A stretch of 64,000 nucleotides of DNA from the human T2T-CHM13v2.0 reference genome, Homo sapiens, in NCBI RefSeq assembly GCF_009914755.1, contig NC_060927.1; one strand, given 5' to 3'. Under the pieces are notes generated by a model. It did no database searches and was not told the origin of the DNA. It was given only the letters and a program-made list of their open reading frames with translations. Below are positions 39,695 through 52,502 of this stretch, one piece after another. The position numbers were made by a program, and so were the translations under genes. Numbering within the stretch: position 1 is the stretch's first letter; each line of letters opens with the position of its first letter.

Positions 39695-39830
39695 TTTCTA
39701 GATGAGGAAATTGAGACATAGAGAGGTTAAGTAACCTGCTCTGGGTCACATAGCTAATAAATGACAAAAGTGCATTCAAACCCAGGTGGTGAGGCTGCAG
39801 AATCAATCTTAACCACTGTTCTATATTCCT
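39695..39830 (-). mobile_element. MIR
   Basis: AGATGAGGAAATTGAGACATAGAGAGGTTAAGTAACCTGC. Confidence 0.75.
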
Positions 39831-40059
39831 TCTTACCATATTAATATTACTAACATACCAAGATTCATAGGGTTTCAGAGAGATTGCACTGGATGTGTGA
39901 GAGTATAAGAATCAAGGTTTAAGAGGAGTGAATAATAGTTAAATCAAATTATTTATAATTGGATGTCCTTCAACTTCCAGCATGCCTCTCCCTTTTTCTC
40001 CTTCAATATTAAGTCTTGGGTTCTAATTGCTTCCTGGAAGGGGAAGTGATAGTGCAGAC

Positions 40060-40305
40060 AACTAATAACAAAATAATGATAGCAAAATAGTAATGGTAAC
40101 AGTAACTGCTAACATGTATTGTGTATTTACTGTTTGAATGCCTCCCTGCAGACTGCACACTGAGCATTTTGCATATATCATCTCCTTTAATCTTCCCCAC
40201 AAGCCCATTTCACAGATGAAGAAACTAAAGGTCAGAGGCACCTGGTGTATGTAATATGCTCAAAGTCACATCGCTAATAAGAAGTGAAACCTGAATTCAC
40301 CTAGG
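40060..40305 (-). mobile_element. MIR
   Basis: CCCATTTCACAGATGAAGAAACTAAAGGTCAGAG. Confidence 0.65.
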
Positions 40306-40734
40306 GGGAAAAATTGGTTTATTTTCTAATAAGGTGAGTAGGTCCTTTCTTAATTTCTTTTTTAGGGACTCAGAATTTATATTTAGAACAGGGACAGCTT
40401 GTTTTTCAGCTTGTCGCTTGATTCAGTGTGTTCATACTTTGTGCCATCCACCAAATATTCTCAGGTTTTTACCTTCTGAGCACTTAGAAAGATTACATAA
40501 TTCCCTCCTCCTTCCCCCTTCTGCCCACCCTTGTGACTAGGAGATCAGGCAACAAGTGGTGAGAAATGGTTTTGCGTGTTGCTTCTGGCCAGGGCTGGAT
40601 ACTTCTAAGCTTGCTTTCCCTGGGCAACATTTCAGATGGGAACTGTCCTCTCAGCCTCAGCCTAGAGAACACTTGGCCCCATTGCAGAGGGAGAATTGTG
40701 TGAGTGAGAAGGAAACCCTGGCATGTTTTATCTG

Positions 40735-40985
40735 GGATCATTATAGATTTCCAGAAAGTTGCAAAAATAGTATGCAGTGTTCCAGGAACCCTTCATCCAG
40801 CTTCCCCCAGTGGTGACATGGTATATGGCTGTAGTACGATATCAACCAGGAAACTGACATTAGTATAGCACTATTAGCTAAAGACTTTATGCAATTTTTT
40901 CCAGTTTTACCAGGAGTCCTTTGTGTGGGGGGGGGAGTGGGGGAGAGGGAGGTACTATGTGATTTGATCCCATGTACAGCTTAAC
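40735..40985 (-). mobile_element. L1MC-like 3' fragment
   Basis: TATAGATTTCCAGAAAGTTGCAAAAATAGTA...CCCTTCATCCAGCTTCCCCCAGTGGTGACAT. Confidence 0.6.
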
Positions 40986-41819
40986 CCTGTCATTGTAAGA
41001 TTTTGATGTTATTATCACAGCAGAGATTCCCTACCCTGCCTGATCCACCCAACCTCTTCCACATTTAGGTGTGATCTTAAAGGCCACCTGACTCCTGGAA
41101 AGTCATATTTTGGCCAGAAATTACTGATTAAAGTGTTTCTTCTGGTCATTTGGGAGATCAGAAGTGATTCCGGGATGGTAGGAGGGGTTGGGGGAAACAT
41201 GTATACTTTTTCCTTTGCTTTTAGGTATTTAGGAAACAATTTATGTTACTTGAATTGGTTTGGGAAAATGAGGCCTCTCGAGAAGTGAATGCCTGGGAAA
41301 TTCAGTGTTTAACAGACCTGATAATAATGTGAGAAGAAGGGTGGCGACAGAAGCATAGATGGGCTTATTATGTGGAAGGCGAGAAAAAAAAAAGATTTTA
41401 ATGCCAACACTCCCCACATGACGTGAATGAACATGCCAATTCGAGACTCCATTTCTCGTTCTCATCTACACAGCCTGGCAAAATATTCTGAAAGCATAAG
41501 CGAGGAAATATTTGTGCTGCCACAACATTACCACTTTCCTTCTCTAGTACTGTAATTTTGGTGGCAATTCTTCAAATGACCAATCTACTTGGAAAATTAC
41601 TTTTTTTTCTTTTGCCTTAGAGAACTGTCATCTCAGATTATTTTGATCAACACTTTAGCAGTAATCTCAGGACATGGAAACAACCAATTTGCAGATAATG
41701 TCATACAGAATTTAAGTCTGAACAAGCAGAAAAAATTGGTTAAGAGTCTGAAGCCATATTTAAATCTCCATTCATCGACTGGCTGCATTGATTGAATTAT
41801 TTAACCATTGTTTTATACA

Positions 41820-43370
41820 TACTTTTAATTGAAATTTTTTCTGGCTATAATTGAAGGTTCACATTTAGGCATAAGAAATAATAGAGAGAGACTGATTCTG
41901 TATCCCTGTTACCCAGTTTCCCCCAATGCTGACATTTTGCAGAACTATAGTGTAATTTTACAACCACGCAATTGACATAGATATAATCCACCAATCATAT
42001 TCAGATTTTCCCAGTTTTACTTGGACTCATTTGTGCTGCTGTGTTTGTATTTAGTTCTATATAATTTTTCACATTGCAGGTTCATATATTCGCCACAACA
42101 ATCAAGGCAGAGAACATTTCCATCACCACAAGGATCCCCAATGTTGACTTTTTACAACCACATCCAACTCCCTCCCTCTCTTTGTCCTCCTCCCATGGTT
42201 TCTTATCTCCCTAGCAACCACTAATCTGTTCTCGGTTTCTAAAATTTTTATCATTTCATAAATGTTCTATAAATGGAGGCACCAGTGTGTAATCTTTTGG
42301 GCTTTTTTTTTTTTTTTCACTTAGCATGACTCCCTGGAGACTCATCCAAGTTGTTGCAATATTGATAGTCTGTTCTTCTTTACTACTAAGTAGTATTCCC
42401 TGGTGTATTAATCCATTCTTGCACTGCTATAAAGAAATATCTGAGACTGGGGAATTAATAAAGAAAAGGGGTTTAATTGGTTCATGATTCCACAGGCTGT
42501 CCAGGAAGCATGATTCTGGCATCTGCTCAGCTTCTGGGGAAGCCTCAGGAAACTTACAGTCATGGTGGAAGGCGAAAGGGGAGCCAGAATGTCTCATGGC
42601 TGCAGCAGAAAGAGGGAGAGTGGGGAGATGCTACACGCTTTTAAACAACCAGATCTCTCTCGGTCTCACTCACTCACTATCGTGACAACAGCACCAAGGA
42701 GATGATGCTAACCCATTCGTGTAGGATCACCCCCATGATCCAATTGCCTCCCACCAGGTCCCACCTCCAACACTGGGGATTACAATTTGATATGAGATTT
42801 GGGTGGGGACACAGACCCAAGCCATATCACCTGGTATGGATGCACCACAGCTTGTTTAACTATCCACTTGGTGAAGGACATCTGGGTTGTTTCCAGTTTG
42901 AGACTGTATCAATAAAGCTGCTATGTCGGTTCCTGTTTAGGTTTTCACGCGGATATAAGTTTTTATTTCTCTAGAATAAATACTTAAAAGTATGATTGCT
43001 GGGCTTTCTGGTAACTATATTTAGTTAATGAGAAACTGCCAAACAGTTTACCAGAGTAAGGGCACCACGTTACATTGTCATTAGCAATATTTGAGTGATC
43101 CAGTTTTTCCTCATGCTCCCTAGCATTTGGTGCTGTTGCTCTTTTTGTTTTAGCTATTCCGACAGGTGGGTAGTGATAACTCATTAACTCGCATTTCTCT
43201 GATGGCTAATGAGCTTGGACATGTTTTCATATTCTGTCTGTACATCCTTTTCGTGAAAATGTCTATTTCTGTGTTTTATTCATTTTCTAATTGGATTGTT
43301 TTTTTTTCCTGTTGAGTTTTGAGAGCTCCTCATATATTTATTTGCCTCCCAATCTATAGCTTGTCTTCCC
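41820..43370 (-). mobile_element. L1MC-like fragment split by an MST LTR
   Basis: ACCCAGTTTCCCCCAATG..., AGAACATTTCCATCACCACAAGGATCCC; GTAGTATTCCCTGG | TATGGATGCACCACAGCTTGTTTAAC rejoin. Confidence 0.78.
42404..42829 (-). mobile_element. MST (A/B-like) MaLR solo LTR
   Basis: TGTATTAATCCATTCTTGCACTGCTATAAAGAAATATCTGAGACTGGG...GGGGACACAGACCCAAGCCATATCA; perfect 5-bp TSD CCTGG. Confidence 0.92.
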
Positions 43371-43476
43371 ACACACTTTAACTAGGCTTTCTCTCAGGAA
43401 ACATTTGCCTTATAGTTTAAAGGTATGTTTCTGAGGCATTAAAATAACTATGTTCATTTTTTCTTAGTAATTTAAC

Positions 43477-43778
43477 TTTTTTTTTTTTTTTTTTGAGATG
43501 GAGTTTCGCTCTTGTTGCCCAGGCTGGAGTGCAATGGCGCGATCTCGGCTCACTGAAACCTCCGCCTCCTGGGTTCAAGTGATTCTTCTGCCTCAGCTTT
43601 CTGAGTAACTGGGATTACAGGCATGCGCCACCATGCCTGGCTAGTTTTTTGTACTTTTAGTAGAGATGAGGTTTCTCCATGTTGGTCAGGCTGGTCTTGA
43701 ACTACTGACCTCAGGTGATCTGCCTGCCTCGGCCTCCCAAAGTGCTGGGATTACAGGCGTGAGCCACCGCGCCCAGCC
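43477..43778 (-). mobile_element. Alu (AluSp-like) inserted in the tail of the adjacent AluJ
   Basis: GGTTTCTCCATGTTGGTCAGGCTGG, GAGTTTCGCTCTTGTTGCCC. Confidence 0.94.
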
Positions 43779-43780
43779 TA

Positions 43781-43811
<31 letters not shown>

Positions 43812-44090
43812 AGGATCTAACCCTGTTGCCCAGGCTTGAGTACAGTGGTGTAATCACAGCTCACAGCAGCCTTGAACTTTTGGGCTCAAGCAATCCTCCT
43901 ACCAAAGTCTCCTGAGTAGCTGAGACTACAGGTATGCACCACCATGCCTGGCTAATACTTTTGTATTTTGCTGTAGAGATGGGGTTTCACCATGTCGCCC
44001 AGGCTGGTTTCAAACTGGTGGGCTCAAGCAATCTGCCTGCCTCAGCCTTCCAAAGTGCTGGGATTAAACTTGTGAGCCACCACACCTGGC
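43781..44090 (-). mobile_element. Alu (AluJ-like)
   Basis: GGGCTCAAGCAATCC; TSD TAGTAATTTAAC brackets both Alus. Confidence 0.92.
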
Positions 44091-44650
44091 TAGTAATTTA
44101 ACATTTATTGCCTTTTAAAGTGCTTTTTGTTTCTCTTTCAGATCTGTAAATATAGAATGAAGAGTTTTTTTTTCCTCTTAGGAGATTATTAGGGACATAG
44201 TTTCATAAGAGAATGAGAAATTACTTTGTGTGAATTTAACATGCTGTCTCAGCATCAGCAGAGTTAACAATGAAGACTCTTTAGTACAGAAAAAGAAGAT
44301 GGACAGAATTTCAGCAGAGAAAATATGCTAGTGTCTAAGACTTTGGTAGATATAGTCTGTGTAAAGGGAAGAAAATGGGGCATTTGAAGAGAGAAGAATC
44401 TGGTAGCCTTAAACAACTGGTAAAGTTCTGGTTATCTGGAAGCTGAGGAACTGAGGGCCCCGGGTCCGTCCCAGCCACTACCTGGGAAGGAAAACTGGTT
44501 CAAACGAAGCAGTGACAGAAGCCAGTCTCTGCTGAAGCATTTAAACTGCTCTGGATTTTACAGTGTACATTTGCAGAGAGTTTATTTAACCTGTCTGGCT
44601 TTGCATTTCAATTTTCCATCTTCTAATTTAGGCTTAAGATTCTTAAAATA

Positions 44651-44958
<308 letters not shown>

Positions 44959-45557
44959 TTAACCTATGTTGTATTAGACTAAATGCTGAAAAAAACATCC
45001 AATTTGTGATATAATACTTCCCATATACTCTATGAAAATGTAAACACATATACATTTATATACTGTGTATCTAAATGATTTTATTACCTCTAAACTGTAT
45101 TAATAATGAAAGTTGCATGATATTTGTGAAGGTTATTCTAACATAATTTTCTCACTATTTAAAAGACTCAAAGAGATTATGTTATCTTTCTTCTCCTCAC
45201 TTTCTGTATTTTCCATTCTTTCTCAATGTGAAGACTGACCTCTAGTGTTCTGTTCTTTTAAGAATTAATAGACTAAGTCTAGTAGTGATTAGATATCTGT
45301 ATACAAATTGTTTCAAAGATCAGTTCTACAAATATTTGTTACGTATCTACCAAGTGCTACAACCTGGTGATTAAGATCTTCCTCATTCTACGACTGCCTC
45401 AAACCATGCTCCTTCTTTTGAAGGACCTCTGTTGGGTATGCATTACATATTACGGAACTAAGACAATATCACGGAACTAAGGAGGTAAAATAAGGGGTGG
45501 CACATCACTAAGTTAAATCAAGAGACAGAGAAAAACATGCACGATCCTGTTTATATA

Positions 45558-46343
45558 CATCCATGTGTTGCTTAATGATGGGGGTATGTTCTGAGGTATG
45601 CATTCTGAAATGCATCATTAGGTCATTTTGTCATTGTGCAAACATCACAGAGTGTATTTACACAAACCTAGATGGTCTACTACACACCTAAGCTATGTAG
45701 TATAGCCTATTGCTCCTAGGCTACAGACCTGTACAGCATATAACAGTCCTGAATACTAGAGGCAATTGTAATACAATAGTATTTGTGTATCTAGACATAC
45801 CTAAATGTAGAAAAGGTACAGTAAAAATGCAGTATAAAAGATAAACAATGATACAGCTCTATAAGGCACTTATCATGAATGGAGCTTGCAGGATTACAAG
45901 TTGCCCTGGGTGAGGGGAACATCACACACTAGGGCCTGTCGGGGAGTGTGGGGGCTAGGGGAGGGATCGCATTAGAAGAAATACCTAATGTAGATGACGG
46001 GTTGATGGATGCAGCAAACCATCATGGCATGTGTGCACCTATGTAACAAACCTGCATGTTCTGCACATGTATCCCAGAACTTAAAGTATAATTTTTTAAA
46101 AATTGAGAAAAAAAAAAAAGAAGTTGCCCTGGGTGAGTCAGTGAGTTGTGAGTGAATGCGAAGGCTTAGGACATTACTGCACACTACTGTAGACTTTACA
46201 AGCACTGTACACTTAGGTTACTCTAGATTTATTAAAAATATTTTTTCTTTCTTCAACAGTAAATTGATCTTAGTTTTCTAGATGACCATTTCTGTATATG
46301 TGCTCTGTTGCTAACTGAAACATCATCATACGGCTCATGACTG
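45558..46343 (+). mobile_element. Tigger3/MER7-family element (internally deleted) split by an L1
   Basis: CATCCATGTGTTGCTTAATGATGGGG...ACACAAACCTAGATGGT...GGCTCATGACTG with TA flanks. Confidence 0.82.
45915..46120 (+). mobile_element. Severely 5'-truncated L1PA (PA7/8-like) 3' end
   Basis: GGGAACATCACACAC...CACATGTATCCCAGAACTTAAAGTATAA plus poly-A; perfect 17-bp TSD AAGTTGCCCTGGGTGAG. Confidence 0.92.
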
Positions 46344-46844
46344 TATTTAAAATGGTTATTTCCTGAAATGTTTGCTCTTATGAACCACTGCATTCAGAGA
46401 TTGATCCCCACAAAAAGGCTTTCAGAAGTATAATTTCTAAAACATGCCAAGCCTTTAATGTTATGGATTGCAGTTTTTCATGAGAATGACCTAATGAGTT
46501 TTAAAAACATTTTATTGGAGAAAATTTCAAACATTCACAAAAGTAGATAGACCGACATACCTATCTACTTTGGAGAATGTTTGAAAGACATATGGGAAGA
46601 TGGCGAGAGGGAAGAAGGAAGAGAGAGAGGAAGTGAGGACTTAAAGAATGAGAAGGAAAAAATAGTCACCTCCTCCAAGAAGGTGTCCTTCATGTTTGAA
46701 ATTAACCATCCTTTCCTCAGCAGGCTTTCTATTATTTCATTGTTATTTCTTTCTGCCTCATTTAAAATAAAATGTTACAAATGTCCGTTTCTGCCTGTTG
46801 AGGGGTGGAATATGTCTTTCTCCCCTTGTGTTATTTCTCAAGGA

Positions 46845-47680
46845 GCACCCTGAGGTGATCCTGTTAAAACCTCACTTGGATCACACTACTCCTTTGTCCA
46901 AACCCCATGAAGGTTTTCCACTTAGAGTGAAGCTGAAGTCCTCACAATGGCTTCAAACATGCCGGTATTCTCTGCCCTGGGGCCTTTGCACAGGTTTTTT
47001 GCCCTGTCAGGAACATTTCCGCCACCCAAATATCCACTTAGCTAGTTCACTCACCTTTTTCAAGTTTTTGCTCAAATATTACCTTCTATTTCCCTACTCC
47101 AGCACTTCCTACCCTTTTTGTTTTTTGTTTGTTTTTGTTTTGTTTTGTTTTGAGACAGAGTCTTGCTCTGTTGCCCAGGCTGGAGTGAGGTGGTGCAATC
47201 TTGGCTCACTGCAAGCTCCGCCTCCTGGGTTCACGCCTTTCTCCTGCCTCAGCCTCCCAAGTAGCTGGGACTACAGGCTCCTGCCACCACGCCCCACTAA
47301 TTCTGTTTTCATATTTTTAGTAGAGACGGGGTTTCACCGTATTAGCCAGGATGGTCTCAATCTCCTGACCTCATGATTCGCCCACCTCGGCCTCCCAAAG
47401 TGCTGGGATTTCATGCGTGAGCGACCGCACCCGGCCCCCTTTCTTTACTTGACTTAATTTTTCTCCAAAGCAAGTATCATCAGAAGTTTCCATGAGCCGC
47501 ATTGAACGTAAGCTCCAAGTGCAGACTGTGTCTCCAGTGCTTGGCTTGGTGAGGGTGTGTCACACAGCCGATGCTGCAGAAGCATCTCTGAGATGAATAT
47601 TGAATGAACTGTGTCTCACAGAGTGGATTTAATATAGTTGGCACACTTGATGAATGTTTGTGGAATGAGCCAATGAATAA
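46845..47680 (+). mobile_element. L2 fragment split by an Alu
   Basis: GATCCTGTTAAAAC..GATCACACTACTCCTTTGTCCAAACCC; GGGGCCTTTGCACA; 3' GATGAATATTGAATGAA. Confidence 0.6.
47115..47436 (-). mobile_element. Alu (AluY-like) with (TTTTG)n tail
   Basis: TGCAAGCTCCGCCTCCTGGGTTCACGCC; TTAGCCAGGATGGTCTC. Confidence 0.94.
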
Positions 47681-48817
47681 ATTCTGACCCAAACTTGCTC
47701 TAAGTAACCAAACTGCCTGTGAAAGCAGGGGAGGCCAATTGAAACTAAACTGTAGAATGCAGAGCCAGGTAGTGGCTCCATCAACTTTGAAAAAGGTGTC
47801 TGTGAACCCAGAGTATGAGTTGTGAGAAATCAAGTGAAATGTTCCTCCTACTTCTGTTTCAGAATCCACTTCTAATTCTGAAAGTCACATTCTACGATTT
47901 TCCTTAAATATCTGGCTCTGGTACAAATCCTTTGAAAAAAAATAGTTAGCAATCCTCATCACCCCTAAACTGTTATACCCTAAGCTGGGTATTTCAAAGC
48001 AGGCTTCTCACTTACATTAATACAAGATTTCTGTTCCTCCTGTTAAGTGACAGTGTACATCCTTTGCAAAAAAAAAAAAAAAAAAAAAATTTTTTTTTTG
48101 CTTTTGGTCACCCTGTAGCAATTTCCTTGGGAACAAAATAACAAGTGTAGAAATATCAAGGGAAAAGCACAAAGGCCCTTCTTCAGTGGGTGGTCAATAT
48201 CACTTTAATTCTTCATTGTAATCCTCACAAACACACAGCCCTGCGAACTATTAAATTACTATGGGGATTTCTTCTGGGCTCCTCGCCCCAGCTGGTCTCA
48301 GGATGTTCTCGGCAACAGGCAGCTTGGGTAATGTTCTCCAAACACCTGTCACCTGCTCCATACAATAATCTAAATAGAATGTGAATACAAAAGGCCTATT
48401 AACAATTATGCAATGATCAGTTTGGCTCAGGCGGCATGTCTGTGTGGCCTCCTTGAGAACGTGTTGAACATTCCCTTAGCAGGCACATCAAAACACATGA
48501 GACAAGAAAGGGCATGAGGAGATGGTTGCTAACTCACTACTCCCAGGCTCAGCCAAATGAGTCTGCGCATATGGAGGTGATCAGTGGGTAGAGACAGACA
48601 TTTGTGTGAGGCTAAAGGCAGGGGATCTGGCGAAGCCTATGTGAGCCAAGCTCTGAAACTTATGTATCTGTGTGTGTGCACGTGTGCGCACATGCATGCA
48701 CACATTTAGTGAGTAGTTCTTTCTCCTTTGTTGTTATACAAATGACATTCAAACTCTTGGTGTTTGAACCCAGGCTTCTTATCTTCCCCACCATCTTTAC
48801 TTAATGCATGACAGGTC

Positions 48818-48920
48818 CAGGGTAACCAACTGTCCCCATTGCACAGGACTGAGGGAACACGGGACTCTCAGTGCTCGATGTGAGAAAGTCTCAGGCATAC
48901 TGGTACACGCTGGTCACCTT
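48818..48920. mobile_element. MER81/MER94-like hAT-Blackjack MITE
   Basis: TIR-like CAGGGTAACCA...TGGTCACCTT. Confidence 0.55.
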
Positions 48921-49144
48921 ATGTCCTAAGTTCTTAGTCTACGTTTGCATGACACCTATATTCAACTCACCAGTATATACACAACAGACTGATGATTCCA
49001 AGGGGGACCAACCTACACCAGCAATTCTAAATAAAGTCACTGAAAAAATACCCCTCCTGGCTGGGGCAGATAACCCCCATCACAGCCTGCCCTTAGTATG
49101 CAACTGTGTGGAGCAGAGACTAGTCTATTAACTGGAAATGTCTT

Positions 49145-49360
49145 CTTTATTGAGGGCTTCTTATGGTTATGCTAAGCCCTTTACACAATTTTCTCATTTA
49201 ATCTACTCACTAATTTATAAGGAAGGCACTCTTAGTTTTCCCTATTTGTAGATGAGTGACTAAGAAGTAAAGATGTCTCTCGCTTAAGGCCACATAGATA
49301 GTACATGTGCAATCTGAATCTCAGGCCTGTTTGAGGCCAAAGATAATGTTCTTAGCCTCG
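49145..49360 (-). mobile_element. MIR
   Basis: TTTATTGAGGGCTT...TTCTCATTTAATCTACTCAC...GTAGATGAGTGACTAAG. Confidence 0.6.
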
Positions 49361-50303
49361 GTGCTCTGTTGCCTTTGTATCTAGTTCCTCCAGGAAAACC
49401 AGGCTGAAAGCTGACTCTGTGACCATTCAGATCCATGTGGTGGGCTCGGAGATGGCTCTGGTGATTCAGAAGGGCTGCTTAAAAAAATATGTGTTTAATC
49501 AATGAAGGAACGAGTAAATACACTGGCGGGAACTCTGGTAGCTTAATAGTTTCCAGTTAGCTTCATGTTTAAAACAAGACAAATCTTTTTTATTTTTCCA
49601 TCAATTGGGAGTTAGTTGCCTTCAAGTCCTAAGGATTTCCAAAATGGAGGTCTGACCTAGTTACTGTCCCTGTCACTCTCCTCTTTGGGGGACATGCTGA
49701 CATCAGCAGACACTCACTGTTGGGGATTACCTGGACCAGGAAGCACTAATGTCTTTGCAAGATTCTTCTAAGACTAGCTGATTTCAGGAGGTCCCAGGAC
49801 TGAGATAGCTTCTGAAGGTTTGCTGTAGGCAGTGAGGTCAATATTAATGCAGTTCCCAAATCTGGCCTCATGTGTAACAAGATTGATGCTCCCTGCTTTT
49901 CCCTAGGACAGTCTAATTTGAAGACTTTTCCGTGATTTCAGGGGAAGGTTCCAAAATAAAGGATGCATGCTGATGTTCTGCGGCCTACGTTTGGTTAGTA
50001 AATATATTTTGTTTGACCTGCACTGTGTTCCAAATTTTTTTTAGTTATTTGATACTTGAAAGAATAGGGAAACCTTGCATGAAAACATGCATTTCTAGCT
50101 GCTTCTCAAACATTAGAAAACTGGACCTATACCTACCTAGCAGCACTGGCTGAGGCTAAGAACAGCTGACTCCCTTAGACAAGATGTGTGTGTGTAACTT
50201 ACACAAGTCCCACGGGCTCTATTATCTACTGAACACATTGCATGTATTTATGCTACTTGTCTTCTCTTGTCATGCACCGGAGCTTGTGATTCTTGCTCTA
50301 GAT

Positions 50304-50514
50304 TTACGTTGTCCAATATGGTAGCCACTAGCTACATGTAGCTAGTTGCATTTATATTTAAATTAATTAAATTCATAAAATTTAAAATGTAGCTCTTCAG
50401 TTGCACTAGCCACACTTCAAGTGCTCCTTAGCCACATGTGGTTAGTGGCTACCATATTGGGCAACCCAGATTAGAACATTTCCATCATCACAGGGAGTCT
50501 GTTGGACAATGCTG
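50304..50514 (-). mobile_element. MER3-like hAT-Charlie MITE
   Basis: GTCCAATATGGTAGCCACTAGCTACATGT...GTGGCTACCATATTGG...TTGGACAATGCTG; TSD CTCTAGAT/CTCTAGAC. Confidence 0.82.
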
Positions 50515-50834
50515 CTCTAGACATTATTCTAGAATTAAGGCTGGCATCTAGTATGAAATTATTCCTACCTCCATATCACTTACCACCCACTGAACAGATT
50601 TTACATTCTGAAAATCTTATGGCAAGAGCAGAGGGAGGAGGATGAGACAGAGGAGAAGGAGGAGGAGGAGAAACCACTCATAGAGTGCTGACTCGTGTCA
50701 AGCACTATAATAATATAATAACGACATTCCATGAATTGTCTCATTGAATTCTTTCAACAGTCCTATGAGATAAGGGAGATTATAACTCCTCCCCATTCTA
50801 AAGATAAATGGAGGTTTAAGAGTTCACTACATCG

Positions 50835-50968
50835 TACTCAGGAGGCTAAGGCAGGAGGATTGTTTGAACCCAGGAGTTTGAGGTTATAGTGAGCTATAAT
50901 TATGCCACTGTACTCAATTATCAATTCTCTGGGTGATAGAGAAAGACCTTGTCTTAAACAAACAACCA
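50835..50968 (+). mobile_element. 5'-truncated old Alu right arm inserted in a MIR (about 50670-51060)
   Basis: TACTCAGGAGGCTAAGGCAGGAGGATTG...; TSD AGTTCA(C/T)TACAT(C/T)G. Confidence 0.8.
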
Positions 50969-51851
50969 ATAGTTCATTACATTGCAGAAGGTCACATCGT
51001 TAATAGACGGTGGAGCCAGTTTAAACTGTCTGACCCTAGAACTCATGCTCCTAACTCATGATCTTTCAATAACAGAAAATCCACAGAAATGGACCCCCAG
51101 TCTCCATTAGCAGTGAGCCCACTGAAAGTCAAGGGGAAGGGATTCTGTGCCCTCAGTCCACTGGGATCTGGCTGAAACTTCCAACAAATTAGTGCAATTA
51201 GCTAAAAGTTATATTCTTGGCCAATCCTAATGCCCACTTTGATTAAAAACTGAAAACTGTCCATTTTAATGTCGATAACTTATTTCTTCATTTCTGTTGT
51301 CATTCCATTGCTTCTCCTTTTCTAGAATTTGAGAATTCATGGCTACTAAGTATTAGCTGATTGCAAATATTGATACCTATTTCAAATATTTATTAAGAAA
51401 GGAATTTACTTTGACATTCAAATGGAAATGACATTTTTTTTATCTTGAACAGAGTTTATTATTAAATGTGTTGTTCCAGAGGAGCCAAGATGGCCAAATA
51501 GGAACAGCTCCGGTCTACAGCTCCCAGTGTGAGCGACGCAGAAGATGGGTGATTTCTGCATTTCCAACTGAGGTACCGGGTTCATCTCACTGGGGTTGCC
51601 AGACTGTGGATGCAGGACAGTGGGTGCAGTGCACCGTGCGCAAGCCAAAGCAGGGCGAGGCATCGCCTCACCCGGGAAGCGCAAGGGGTCAGGGAATTCC
51701 CTTTCCTAGTCAAAGAAATGAGTGACAGACACCACTTGGAAAATCGGGTCACTCCCACCCTAATACTGCGCTTTCCCAATTGGCTTAAAAAGCGGCACAC
51801 CAGGAGATTACATCCCTCACCTGGCTCAGAGGGTCCTACGCCCACTGAATC

Positions 51852-51926
51852 TCATTCGTTGCTAGCACAGCAGTCTGAGATCAAACTGCAAGGTGGCAGC
51901 GAGGCTGGGGGAGGGGCGCCTGCCAT
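51852..51926 (-). pseudogene. L1 ORF0, truncated by nonsense codon after 24 aa
   Basis: MAGAPPPASLPPCSLISDCCASNE*; the rest of ORF0 (GVGPSEPG...IRVGVTRFS) appears in-frame in ORF 51582-51845. Confidence 0.8.
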
Positions 51927-52502
51927 TGCCCAGACTTGATTAGGTAAACAAAGCTGCCGGGAAGCTCAAACTGGGTGGAGCCCACCACAGCTCAAGGAGG
52001 CCTGCTTGCCTCTGTAGGCTCCACCTCTGGGGGCAGGACACAGACAAACAAAAAGGCAGCAGTAAACTCTGCAGACTTAAATGTCCCTGTCTGACAGCTT
52101 TGAAGAGAGTAGTGGTTCTCCCAGCATGCAGCTTGAGATCTGAGAATGGGCAGACTGCCTCCTCAAGTGGGTCCCTGACCCCCGAGTAGCCTAACTGGGA
52201 GGCAACCCCCAGTAGGGGCGGAATGACACCTCACACGGCCGGGTACTCCTCTGAGACAAAACTTCCAGAGGAACGATCAGGCAGCAGCATTTGCAGTTCA
52301 CCAACGTCCGCTATTCTGTAGCCACTGCTGCTGATACCCAGGCAAACAGGGTCTGGAGTGGACCTCTAGCAAACTCCAACAGACCTGCAGCTGAGGGTCC
52401 TGTTTGTTAGAAGGAAAACTAACAAACGGGAAGGACATCCACACCAAAAACCCATCTGTACATCACCATCATCAAAGACCAAAGGTAGATAAAACCACAA
52501 AG

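Noticed and set aside
46798-47376. 192-aa ORF
   Set aside because: Composite of L2 and antisense Alu with a TTG start
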